A stretch of DNA of 64,000 nt, from the NCBI GenBank assembly GCA_048937405.1, contig JBHLNF010000001.1:448001-512000 (forward strand). The letters are read 5' to 3'. Source of the stretch: Promethearchaeota archaeon (lineage in GTDB: Archaea; Asgardarchaeota; Lokiarchaeia; Sigyniarchaeales; SOKP01). The translations under genes were made by a program, and so were the position numbers. The notes beneath the pieces were generated by a model, which searched no databases, was not told the origin of the DNA, and saw nothing but the letters and a program-made list of their open reading frames with translations. Shown one piece after another: positions 52,146 through 62,061 of this stretch. The first letter of the stretch is position 1. Each line of letters starts with the position of its first letter.

Positions 52146-52850
52146 TTGAAAAAGTCTACTCCTAAATTAACACCTGAACAGATTATTCGAAGAAATAAAA
52201 TATTGAATACTGATAATCCTAATTTTTTTGGATATGGTCATAAAATCTCTGATATAGAAAAAATTACGAAAAACGTATATAAAAAATATAGATGCAGTTA
52301 TGAGGATGCTGTCGATATTTGTAAAAATTTAGTTAGTTCTAATATTCTTGAGGAGAAATTTTCTGGGGTATTTTTTCTCAATCACTTTAAAAGCGATTTT
52401 AATCAAGAAACTATTGATTTATTTGAAGATCTGTTCTCTAAACACTGTGATACATGGGCTTTTTGTGATTCTAGTTGTATAAGAGTAATTGGACCCTTTT
52501 TAGGAAAAAAAAATAACCAAAAGCTTGGGAAAAAAACCATTGAGAAATGGTCTATCAATGAAAATCTATGGATTAGACGGGCATCATTAGTAATTCTTAT
52601 TAAAATAATAATGATAAATAAGGAATTCGATGAGAATTATCTATTTGAGTTGGTAGAAAAAATGAAAAATTACTCTGAATATTATATTCAGAAAGCTATC
52701 GGGTGGATTCTTAAAACCTGTTCGAAATATAATCCCGATTCAATTTATAATTACCTATTACGTAATAAGGAGAGATTTTCTCGCCCTGTTCTTAGATATG
52801 CTAGTGAAAAATTGTCAAATGAAAAAAGAAAACAAATTTTAAAGAAATAA
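52146..52850 (+). CDS. DNA alkylation repair protein (AlkD-like HEAT repeat)
   Basis: DTWAFCD, W...ENLWIRRAS, YYIQKAIGWILK, LRYASEKL. Confidence 0.88.
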   Translation: MKKSTPKLTPEQIIRRNKILNTDNPNFFGYGHKISDIEKITKNVYKKYRCSYEDAVDICKNLVSSNILEEKFSGVFFLNHFKSDFNQETIDLFEDLFSKHCDTWAFCDSSCIRVIGPFLGKKNNQKLGKKTIEKWSINENLWIRRASLVILIKIIMINKEFDENYLFELVEKMKNYSEYYIQKAIGWILKTCSKYNPDSIYNYLLRNKERFSRPVLRYASEKLSNEKRKQILKK

Positions 52851-52968
52851 AATCCTTAGACAGAATAACTGTGTAATTATAATTTGATTATTATCAAGTA
52901 GAATAGCTATTTAAAATTCAACAACAAATTAATATTTAAAAAAGAAATTTATGAGATGAAAAAGTAAA

Positions 52969-53997
52969 ATGCGAACCGCAATACTTCAAGAAATTGGAAA
53001 AGTAAGTATAATTGATGTTCCTAAACCCTCTCCCGAAGCTGGAGAAGCCCTAGTAAAAATTACAACCGCAGGGGTTTGTCATACAGATTTACATGTTGTG
53101 ATGGGAGAGTGGATGCAATTACCTACTCCACGTCCCCTGGGACATGAAGGAATTGGTATAGTCGAGGAATTGGGTCCTGATTCTGAATCTAATATAAAAG
53201 TAGGTGATAGAGTTATATTGGGTCTTGGTGGAACATTAGGATACTGGTGTGGAACCTGTGAGTATTGTCTATCAGGAAAAGCTATGTATTGTCCAGAAAG
53301 AAAACCTTTGTTCGGAATATTTAGTGAATACATTTCCGTATGGGCTCAATCTTTGGTAAAAATCCCCGATGAACTAAGTGATACTGAAGTTTCTCTAGCA
53401 TGTGGGGGTTTAACAGCGTATAGAGCAATCAAAAAACTTAAGAGCCTCAAAATTCCTTCTGATAAATATATTGCTATCATTGGGGCTGCTGGTGGCCTCG
53501 GTCATTATGCTGTGCAGATCGCAAAAAGTTTTGGATATAAAGTCATTGGAATCGATAAAGGATCTGAAAAACTAGAGATCGTTAAGAAACTCGGTGCTGA
53601 TCATGCGATAGATGTTAATGATGTTGAAAAGTTCGTTGAAAAAGAGTTAGGGGGAGTTCAAGTAAGTATAGTATTTGCAGCAAATATTTCAGCTTATAAT
53701 CTTGGAATAAAGTTACTCAGAGTAGGAGGAACACTAATTGGAGTAGGTATACCGCCATTCAATGAGGGACCAATATCAGTAACCCCATTTGAAGTAATAA
53801 TAAGAGACCTACAAATAATCGGATCCCTAACTGGTACTGTAGAAGATATGAGGGAATTAGTCCAAATAGCAGTAGAAGGAAAGGTTAAAACTCATGTCGG
53901 GAGAACTGCTAATCTTTCAGAAATTAATGAAGTATTTGAGGAAATGAAAAAAGAAAAATTTGTGGGTAGAGCCATTATTACTAACCTTATGAAGTAA
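52969..53997 (+). CDS. Zn-dependent alcohol dehydrogenase (AdhP-like)
   Basis: GVCHTDLH, GHEG.G, CGTCEYC, GAAGGLG. Confidence 0.93.
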   Translation: MRTAILQEIGKVSIIDVPKPSPEAGEALVKITTAGVCHTDLHVVMGEWMQLPTPRPLGHEGIGIVEELGPDSESNIKVGDRVILGLGGTLGYWCGTCEYCLSGKAMYCPERKPLFGIFSEYISVWAQSLVKIPDELSDTEVSLACGGLTAYRAIKKLKSLKIPSDKYIAIIGAAGGLGHYAVQIAKSFGYKVIGIDKGSEKLEIVKKLGADHAIDVNDVEKFVEKELGGVQVSIVFAANISAYNLGIKLLRVGGTLIGVGIPPFNEGPISVTPFEVIIRDLQIIGSLTGTVEDMRELVQIAVEGKVKTHVGRTANLSEINEVFEEMKKEKFVGRAIITNLMK

Positions 53998-54026
53998 AAA
54001 AAAGACAAATATGATAACAGAATCTT

Positions 54027-54707
54027 ATGAAATATAAGGCTATTATCTTTGATCTATTTGGTACTCTTGTCGATAGTTATTCAGTTCAAGGATACAACAC
54101 ATTATTAACAGATATGGCTTCAGCTCTCGAATTACCTAGTGAAAAGTTTTCAAAAATTTGGCGTGATACAACTTATGAGCGTGGAATTGGGATTTTTAAA
54201 ACCACTGAAGAAAGTATAAGATATATTTGTAGTAAACTTAAAGTTTCTGTAAGTGATGAAAATATTAGGAAATGTGAGCAGATCAGACTAAAAAACACAC
54301 GCAAAACTCTAACTCCCAAAAAAGGAGCAGTTGATATTTTAAAAAGTATAAGAGGATTAGGATATAAGATGGGGTTAATAACTAATTGTTCTACCGATGT
54401 ACCTCTCTTTTGGAAAAAAACAGAATTTTCACAGTTATTTGATGTCGCTATATTCTCCGCTTCAGTAGGGTTGAAAAAACCTGACGCTCAGATATATAAT
54501 TTAGCATGTGAACAATTGGGAGTCGAACCAAATGAATGCCTTTACATTGGAGATGGTGATAGTAATGAACTATCGGGAGCTTCTCAGTTAGGTATGGATG
54601 CTGTTATGATCCGTGATCCCAATGAGATAGATCCCTATCGTTTAGTTGAAGTAGATTGGGATGGTCGGAAAATTGAATCTTTTATAGAGATAATGGATCT
54701 GATTTAA
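54027..54707 (+). CDS. HAD-superfamily hydrolase
   Basis: IFDLFGTL, LITN, KKPD, YIGDG. Confidence 0.9.
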   Translation: MKYKAIIFDLFGTLVDSYSVQGYNTLLTDMASALELPSEKFSKIWRDTTYERGIGIFKTTEESIRYICSKLKVSVSDENIRKCEQIRLKNTRKTLTPKKGAVDILKSIRGLGYKMGLITNCSTDVPLFWKKTEFSQLFDVAIFSASVGLKKPDAQIYNLACEQLGVEPNECLYIGDGDSNELSGASQLGMDAVMIRDPNEIDPYRLVEVDWDGRKIESFIEIMDLI

Positions 54708-54992
54708 TTTTTAATTACTTTTTAAGTTATAAAGAGAGAATTTCATGTCCTATTCTGAGATATGCAACTGAAAAATTACCAAAGGAAATGAGACTATAAT
54801 TATTGAGTCGGTAGCTCTTATTGTTTCTAATTCTATTACCTTTTAATATAGTATATTATATTTGTTAAGAAATACATTTAATTTGATATTAATAATCAAC
54901 TAAGTTAAGGAACTTAATGTAAAAAAAAGGTGATTATTAAAATTCATAAATGAGAAAAATACTTTCAATGGAAATTAGTTATATTATTACTA

Positions 54993-55874
54993 TTGTTTCT
55001 ATTGCCATTCGCTTTGATTCTCAATATTCCTATTAGTACTGCAAATAATAATGCAATACTAAACAATTTTGAAAAAGTCTATCATTTAGAATACTTTTTG
55101 CGATTCTCACCCACTAAAGATGGTTATTCTGAAACTAAATATGCTTTAGATTTTGAAAAATATAATGAAAGTGGAGAATCCTACATAAAAGTTTCAATTT
55201 ATTATGAAGACCTACAATTAACTATATTTAATGATAATTTTAGTTATATCATTTCACTTTCCTCTCGAGAAATACTTGAAGCAAGTGATAATGATTATAG
55301 TGAATATCTTTTAGGCACCCATACAGAGTTATTCTTAAAACCGTCAGAGTTTGAGAATTCTAATAAAATTCGCATCGATGAACCGTTGACTTTTTCTGGT
55401 TATCTTATAGATTATCAAGATCCTCAATCCCTTAGAAGTGACGTAACTTTTAATTACATGGGAATAGAACAATACACTTTAAATTTGCAATATAATTTTA
55501 CAGCTTACCATTATAAAGTTACACATGTACTATGGTCAGAAGGAGATTTCTGAGATACTTACTACATTGACGTCGATTATTATTTTGATAATAATACAGG
55601 GATCCTCTTGGCAGAAAAAGTTTATGGTTATTTGTATCATTATAAATCTGATTCGATTTCACATGAAATTTATATTACCCGTACTCTCGCTCTAATTAAT
55701 CAAACAACATTATTGAATTCTTATAAGGCGATGAATATAGATCGAAATCCCTCAGATGAACCTGATGAAACAAAAAGACTTGATTGGAATTATTCTATCC
55801 TTCTTATATTCTTATCAGTTTGGATTTCGCTGTTATATAATGGAAAAAAAATAATAAAAAAAAATAGGAATTAA
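54993..55874 (+). CDS. Secreted/membrane-anchored protein with in-frame TGA (candidate selenoprotein, or pseudogene)
   Basis: ORFs 54993-55553 and 55608-55874 share one frame, joined across TGA 55551-55553 (EGDF*DTYYIDVDYYFDNNTGILL). Hydrophobic N-terminus; C-terminal TM plus basic tail. Confidence 0.6.
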
Positions 55875-55878
55875 ATCA

Positions 55879-55916
55879 ATGAAACCGCGTTATAAACCTT
55901 TGGAAACGCGATGGAG
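55879..55916 (+). promoter_or_regulatory. Eukaryote-type SECIS-like hairpin
   Basis: A-UGAA / ACCGCGUUAU / AAA / CC-UUU-GG / AAACGCGAU / GGAG, beginning 4 nt after the stop codon of the TGA-containing gene. Confidence 0.45.
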
Positions 55917-56130
55917 AGAAAGGAATGCCCCTTTTTAGTTCCATTCTATACCACCTTTTTTTCTATAATTATTTTGGATCATATACATATAAAAATCGAT
56001 AAAATGAAAGATTTCATCTTAAAAAATTATTCTATAGAAAAAAATTTATATGATATTTTTCCCTTTCTAAATTACGAATTTTGATATTATAAAAACTCAA
56101 GTGTTTTATAAAGTAAGAATTCGCAATATC

Positions 56131-56263
56131 GGCAAAGTGGCGTAGCCCGGAGTGCATTGGAATATTCCCGATGACGGGTAGGAACGCACTAGAATCATCA
56201 GAATTACTGATAATGGTGAAACTGAAGATCTAGGTATCGTGAGTTCAAATCTCACCTTTGCCA
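56131..56263 (+). tRNA. tRNA-Phe (GAA) with two non-canonical introns (56151-56181, 56193-56220)
   Basis: GGCAAAG/CTTTGCC acceptor stem and GTGAG-TTCAAAT-CTCAC T arm. Removing two BHB-type introns gives a 74-nt cloverleaf with CTAGA-CTGAAGA-TCTAG. Confidence 0.88.
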
Positions 56264-56343
56264 TACTATTTTTCATTTCTATTTCTTTTTTAAATAACCT
56301 TGGTAATGAATATTTTTTCTTATGATAAATAATTGAAATAAGC

Positions 56344-57603
56344 CTATTTCCATTTTTGCCTTAAATCCTTGATTATTTTCTCCCCATAAAAATTCATTTT
56401 TTTTTTTCTTTCTTTAGATAATCCAGTGTAATTATCATCATACGTCAACATCTTTTCAATCTCCTTAATAAGAGATTCACTACCTACATCATAACCATAT
56501 TTGATACACAATTTTTCCAAATCATCTCTGTATTTAAAGGAATAATTTACTCTTTTATCTTTGTAAATCCTCTGTAACTCCTTTTCTATTTTTACTCGCT
56601 TCTTAGGATCACTGATACTCTTTAACACTAATCCAAAAGTTTCCACTCGGTATTCCCATTTTTTAGGTTTTACCATATATAGGAATTTACTCACATTACC
56701 TTTAGCTTCTAATCCTGTAGTAAAAGTATTTTTTCCTTTAACAGGAGAGATTTTAACAGTCTCAATCCCATTAGCTTTACAAAGGAATTTAAAATCTTCT
56801 AGTAATGGAAAAGAGGCGTTATTAAAGCTAATATGTAAAGTTTTATTATGTTTATGAATATGAATTGAGCCATCTGTATCAACTAATCTTCTTATTGCTA
56901 CTAAATGAAATTCCTTGTTTTTTTTAATCCAATTTGGTACTTTTATTTGATTTTCTTTTTTATCTCCTGATTTATGTCCTTTTTTAATTAATGCTTCAAT
57001 AATTTTTTTCCTATGGACTGAAAGTTTAATTGCATCTGCTTCTTTTGGTTCAAATATCCTTGGTCTTTTTTTCAATGTTTTTTTCATTAAATCATAAACA
57101 TATTTAATGTATTGTGGTTCTTGAGATTCATTCAGTGTAATTTTGTATTCGCTTTTACTGCATGGGATAGTTCCATCACCAAGACCAATACAAATCATCT
57201 CTACTAATTCCTTATTTTCTACAAGTGGCTCATTAGGATTTTCTTTGAATTCCAAATCGTTTTTATCTTGTTCTTGTAAATATTCCTTTATTCTTATTTT
57301 TTCAAGTTGCTTCTTAATAGTGTCATTCTCCTTTTGATGGGAAGAGACTTCTTTTTTAGAATTTTCTTTAACATTTTCTTTTCTTTTAAATTTCATTTCA
57401 AATTGATAGATATCAGATTTGTCTTCATCATTAAATTGAAATTTAGTATAATTATTTTTAATTAAATCTTTTTTTCTATCAAGAGAATTGACCTTTTTAT
57501 CAAAAAATTCTTCATCTTTCTCCTTTTTATTTTTAGCTTTTAAATTATAGCGTTTATTAACAAATTCTTTATTATTATAATCTTTCATCAAATTATACTT
57601 CAT
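56344..57603 (-). CDS. Free-standing double-motif LAGLIDADG (DOD) endonuclease-like protein with K/E-rich N-terminus
   Basis: MICIGLGDGTI and AIRRLVDTDGSI motifs, KKGHKSGDK, ISFNNAS. Confidence 0.8.
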   Translation of the reverse strand: MKYNLMKDYNNKEFVNKRYNLKAKNKKEKDEEFFDKKVNSLDRKKDLIKNNYTKFQFNDEDKSDIYQFEMKFKRKENVKENSKKEVSSHQKENDTIKKQLEKIRIKEYLQEQDKNDLEFKENPNEPLVENKELVEMICIGLGDGTIPCSKSEYKITLNESQEPQYIKYVYDLMKKTLKKRPRIFEPKEADAIKLSVHRKKIIEALIKKGHKSGDKKENQIKVPNWIKKNKEFHLVAIRRLVDTDGSIHIHKHNKTLHISFNNASFPLLEDFKFLCKANGIETVKISPVKGKNTFTTGLEAKGNVSKFLYMVKPKKWEYRVETFGLVLKSISDPKKRVKIEKELQRIYKDKRVNYSFKYRDDLEKLCIKYGYDVGSESLIKEIEKMLTYDDNYTGLSKERKKKMNFYGEKIIKDLRQKWK

Positions 57604-57719
57604 TAATTTTGATCAAAATTTTAAACCTATGATTATTTTTCATAGTAGTTCTATAAAAACAGATTTTATTCAAATGCTTTTCTCTAATTATTTAAACTAG
57701 TTTTTTATACTATTAACCT

Positions 57720-58229
57720 TTAATTTCTTCTCAAATCATTTCTAAGGAAGACCTTAAATTTTTTATTATTATCATCTATTAATTCCCAAAATTCATCATA
57801 TATCTCTTTGAGGCTCATTTTTTTTTTCTGAGAAGTGATTTCTTTATTCTTTATACTATTACTTATTTTTTTTATGGTTTTACATGGATTATATTCAACA
57901 TAATTACCTTCAAGTATTAAATTTTCAATAAGTTCACAATCGTCTTGTTTGGTATTGCTAGAATCTAAAACATTTTCTTGATGAACTTTATTTTCAAATT
58001 CAAAATCTACTTTTTGATATCCTCGAACCTGATAATTTTTATCTACATAAGCTTGAAATTGATGTTGACATACTAATCCACGTGCTATTGACATTGTAGT
58101 TAATTGTTTTGCCTCTTCTATAACAGATTTAGGTACATCAAGAGTTTTTTTAGTTTTACAGACTGGACAAATAAATTGAATACTAGCGATACTAATATCT
58201 ATATTTTTCTTAGCTTCTGTAATGGCCAT
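57720..58229 (-). CDS. Hypothetical Zn-ribbon protein
   Basis: FICPVCK...VCQHQFQAYVDKN.QVRGYQ. Confidence 0.75.
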   Translation of the reverse strand: MAITEAKKNIDISIASIQFICPVCKTKKTLDVPKSVIEEAKQLTTMSIARGLVCQHQFQAYVDKNYQVRGYQKVDFEFENKVHQENVLDSSNTKQDDCELIENLILEGNYVEYNPCKTIKKISNSIKNKEITSQKKKMSLKEIYDEFWELIDDNNKKFKVFLRNDLRRN

Positions 58230-58346
58230 ACTAACACCTTCTTGAATTCATTTAAAAATAGAAATAAAAACCCCATTTATTTCTTAAAGAAAATTTTGAA
58301 ATTTAAGTAATAGGACAGAACTTAATAAGTAATTTATAATAGGGTA

Positions 58347-58937
58347 TTAGGCATTATTCGGATTGAATATAATATTCATATTGTTTTCATCCAATTCAAA
58401 ATTAATCAATAGATTAGATATCAATTCACTTTCAATTTTAAAATAATGAGTTCCTTTGGTAAATTTCTCCATAGATTCCTTGTCTATTTTTATTAAAATA
58501 CTGATTGTATCATTTAGGTTAATAGTTCTGCCACTTAATTTACCTTCTATAATATCATTTAAATTAAACGAATCTCCTTTGTGATAAATTAGGATACGAT
58601 TCTTTATTGCATCTAAATTAACACTTTCTTTTGAAAAATTTAATTCAACATTATCCAAATAAAATTTCCCATATTTAGAAAAATCAAGATCTTCAGGATT
58701 AAAATTATTCAAATTAAAATCTCCAATTTGAATTTCTTTAGGAATTATAAAAGGAAGAAGTAAATTAATGAATTTTATTTGCAATGAATCTACATTCCCG
58801 TCACCATCAGTATCCACAGTAAAGACGCATTTTTTTGGTGGAAAGAGTTTTTTTATTAATACTTTAAAAGCAGTTAAATCATAAGACATAAGTAGTTGAC
58901 TTTTTGATTTTATATTAATCATTATAAATCGAAGCAT
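58347..58937 (-). CDS. Hypothetical protein with DxDxDG motif
   Basis: VDTDGDGNVD; 1-nt overlap with the iolG stop. Confidence 0.7.
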   Translation of the reverse strand: MLRFIMINIKSKSQLLMSYDLTAFKVLIKKLFPPKKCVFTVDTDGDGNVDSLQIKFINLLLPFIIPKEIQIGDFNLNNFNPEDLDFSKYGKFYLDNVELNFSKESVNLDAIKNRILIYHKGDSFNLNDIIEGKLSGRTINLNDTISILIKIDKESMEKFTKGTHYFKIESELISNLLINFELDENNMNIIFNPNNA

Positions 58938-59962
58938 TAATAGTTTTCGACTTCTGAAATCTTTACAGGACGATTCTCTTTATGTGATTTCTGAGCAGCT
59001 AAAGCTACTAGAACATTTTTTAATCCGTCTTCTCCATTAGGTTTAGGCTCCAAATTTTTACCTAAGCAATCAAAGAAATATTTCAGTTCAGCTGAGTATG
59101 ATTCTATATATCTATCCATGAAAAAATAAGGGATTTTATCGATACTAGTACAATCAGCAGTATAAATACGGACAGTGTTAGTAGCTTCATTATCCGCTAT
59201 GGCGCATCCTTTGGATCCAAATATTTCAACACGTTGATCATATCCATAGACTGCTTGACGAGTATTATCAATTATTCCCATTGCTCCATTTTCAAATTTC
59301 AAAACAGCTACAGAGGTATCAATATCTCCTGCTTTCCCAATTTCGGGATCGATAAGTACACCTCCAGTTGCATAGACTTCTTCCACTTCACTTCCAACCT
59401 GGTATCTTGCCATATCCCAATCATGGATAGTCATATCAAAAAACATACCACCCGAACCTTTTATATATGAGATTGGAGGAGGGGCTGGATCTCGCGAAGT
59501 TATTTTAACAATTTGAGGTTCACCGATTTGACCAGAAACAACTGATTCATGGCATCTCATAAAATTACGATCAAAACGTCGATTATATCCCATCATGAGT
59601 TTTACATTTTTTTCTTTAACAACTGAAAGAGTTTTTCTAATCTTCTTTATATCTGAATCAATTGGTTTTTCACAAAAAATGTGTTTATTCATCTTGGCAG
59701 CTTCCTGAATAATTTTAGTATGAGTATCTGTAGGTGAACAAATTACTACTATCTCAATTTCAGGGTCATTTAAAATTTCAAATGGATCATTGGCGAGTTT
59801 TGGTATACCTTTCTCTTCTGCCCATTCTCGTAATTTTTCATCAATATTAATATCAACCACAATTTTCATATTAATATCAGGAATTTTACGTAATAAATTT
59901 TCAATATGTATTTTTCCAATTCTCCCAGCTCCAAATACTCCAACAGTAAATTTATTTACCAA
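58937..59962 (-). CDS. iolG: Inositol 2-dehydrogenase (Gfo/Idh/MocA)
   Basis: GAGRIG, CEKP, GYNRRFD, ITSRDP, DMTIHD, YGYDQRVE. Confidence 0.9.
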   Translation of the reverse strand: MVNKFTVGVFGAGRIGKIHIENLLRKIPDINMKIVVDINIDEKLREWAEEKGIPKLANDPFEILNDPEIEIVVICSPTDTHTKIIQEAAKMNKHIFCEKPIDSDIKKIRKTLSVVKEKNVKLMMGYNRRFDRNFMRCHESVVSGQIGEPQIVKITSRDPAPPPISYIKGSGGMFFDMTIHDWDMARYQVGSEVEEVYATGGVLIDPEIGKAGDIDTSVAVLKFENGAMGIIDNTRQAVYGYDQRVEIFGSKGCAIADNEATNTVRIYTADCTSIDKIPYFFMDRYIESYSAELKYFFDCLGKNLEPKPNGEDGLKNVLVALAAQKSHKENRPVKISEVENY

Positions 59963-60127
59963 AATTTATCACTTAAATCATTTACATTTGAATATAAAAT
60001 TTGAAAAAGTTCGAGTAAATTTATACTTACAAATTTTCTAATTAAATATTAAAAATTTATATTTGTTAAAGTCTAAATTGATTTAATTAATTAAAATTAA
60101 TTATCAAACAATAAAAGTGTTAACTTA

Positions 60128-61330
60128 ATGAATGAAACAAGTATTCAAGTCTATCGGTACCGCTGGATCGTTCTTTTACTGTTTATGCTAGAAAATATTA
60201 TACTACAAATGTTATGGATATGTTTTGCTCCAGTGAATGAAATTGCTCAAACTTTTTATGGAGTTAATAAACTTTTAATAGATTTACTAGCATTGAGTTT
60301 TATGATTGTATATATTCCAATAGCTTTTTTATCAGCTTGGATTATTGATAAATATGGTTTTAGAATAGGAGCTGGGATTGGAGCAATAATCACAGGAATT
60401 TTTGGGTTTTTAAGATTTGTTGCATTTGATGATTATATATTATTACTAATATTCCAAATTGGAATTGGAATAGGACAACCTTTTATCCTTAATGCTGTAA
60501 CAAAATTATCAGCAAACTGGTTTCCTGATGATGAGAGAACAACAGCTACAGGAATAGCTTTAATATCACAATTTTTAGGTATTGCTTTAGGAATGTTTAT
60601 CACACCCCTCCTAACAACTACAGAAGATCTTCTACCAATGCTGTTTATATATGGTATCTTATCTTTAATTATTAGTGTTATTTTTATTATACTTGTTAAA
60701 GATAAACCACCAACACCACCTACAAAAGATCTTTTAGAAGAGAAAGTTTTAATGTCTGAAGGTTTGAAGAAATTATTTAAGAATAAGCATTTTATACTTC
60801 TTTTCATCCTTTTTTTCTTGGGTCTTGGAATATTCAATACAATAGCCACTTATATTTTTGGAATTGTAGAACCCAGAGGTTATAGTGAAACGTTTTCTGG
60901 AATATTAGGTGGTCTAATGTTATTAGGGGGGATTGGAGGTTGTATTATAATGGCTACATTATCAGATAAATATGAAAAACGTAAACCTCTTTTGATAATT
61001 TCACTTATATTGGCAACAATTTCCTTATTCTTATTTACTTTTACATCTGATAGAATAATGTTAATTACGTTTTCATTTCTTTTAGGTTTCGGTTTACTTT
61101 CAGCAGGACCAGTAGGACTTGAATATGCTGTAGATATTACAAAACCAGTACCAGAAGCAAGTTCAAATGGAATGTTGATGATGATAGGGCAAATTGGAGG
61201 AATTTTATTTATTCTTATTTTTGAAGATGTTACAATAAATGGTGATTATTGGCCTGCTTTATTAATTCAAACTGTTTTTTTGGTAATTGCTGTAATAATC
61301 TCATTTTTCTTAAAAGAAACTAAAAAGTAA
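60128..61330 (+). CDS. MFS transporter (FLVCR-like)
   Basis: YRYRW, WIIDKYG, LSANWFP..ER..A, about 12 TM. Confidence 0.88.
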   Translation: MNETSIQVYRYRWIVLLLFMLENIILQMLWICFAPVNEIAQTFYGVNKLLIDLLALSFMIVYIPIAFLSAWIIDKYGFRIGAGIGAIITGIFGFLRFVAFDDYILLLIFQIGIGIGQPFILNAVTKLSANWFPDDERTTATGIALISQFLGIALGMFITPLLTTTEDLLPMLFIYGILSLIISVIFIILVKDKPPTPPTKDLLEEKVLMSEGLKKLFKNKHFILLFILFFLGLGIFNTIATYIFGIVEPRGYSETFSGILGGLMLLGGIGGCIIMATLSDKYEKRKPLLIISLILATISLFLFTFTSDRIMLITFSFLLGFGLLSAGPVGLEYAVDITKPVPEASSNGMLMMIGQIGGILFILIFEDVTINGDYWPALLIQTVFLVIAVIISFFLKETKK

Positions 61331-61445
61331 TTATTTTACTTTTTCTTTTCTTAAATCTATAATTAAAGAGTGGAATAAATAATAGGAATTAATAACATAT
61401 ATTATTAAAATTATCAAATACAAAAAATAAATGGAGAATGATTAA

Positions 61446-61931
61446 TTACATTTCCGCTCCACAATAAGAACAAAATTTTGCAATCTCATTTTTAGTGGGT
61501 GTTCCACAATTAGAACAATATTTTCCTTGTTGTTCTGGAGGGTTTTCTTTTTCTTGTATTGAAAAATATTTAATTTTTCTAGTTGTCTTATTAAATTTAC
61601 CTCTTAATTGTCCTGTAGCTTTTAAATCTAATATTATTGCTTGAATATCTTTAGGTGAGATTCCTGTACTTTTGCTAATATCATCTATCATAGCTTCTGG
61701 ATTTTCTTGAAATTCTGATAAAACCACATTCCTCAGTTTACTTCTATTAGTTATTGCAATTATTTGACTAAGTATGAGAGCTATTCCAATTCCAGTCGAT
61801 ATAAATCCCCACAACTCAAAACCATTTCCCCAATGGATAAATTCATTAATTCCCCAATACAAGAAGACTCCTGCAATAATCAAAGCACAAATCGAAAATC
61901 CTTCTGAATATTGATTTCTTTCATATCTCAT
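61446..61931 (-). CDS. Membrane protein with wHTH-like region and C-terminal zinc ribbon
   Basis: Two TM helices, then YCSNCG...FCSYCG. Confidence 0.8.
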   Translation of the reverse strand: MRYERNQYSEGFSICALIIAGVFLYWGINEFIHWGNGFELWGFISTGIGIALILSQIIAITNRSKLRNVVLSEFQENPEAMIDDISKSTGISPKDIQAIILDLKATGQLRGKFNKTTRKIKYFSIQEKENPPEQQGKYCSNCGTPTKNEIAKFCSYCGAEM

Positions 61932-62061
61932 TTTAAATCACTTATATTTCTCACGAAGATATCCCTTTAATGAAATTGATCAGTTAATATTTTAAGAATT
62001 TTAATGATCTATAGTTTACAATTTTGAATATCTACTTAATTAACACATAGAATCTTATTAA

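Noticed and set aside
56189-56233. Reading the second tRNA as tRNA-Met(CAT) with a canonical 37/38 intron
   Set aside because: It would need A32 and C37 and gives no BHB central helix. The Phe reading gives a good BHB and a canonical loop.
1335-60849. Many short ORF-track entries overlapping strong genes (e.g. 1335-1637, 2269-2595, 38989-39471, 47815-48201, 60433-60849)
   Set aside because: Antisense or off-frame shadows of well-supported CDS, with no motifs of their own.
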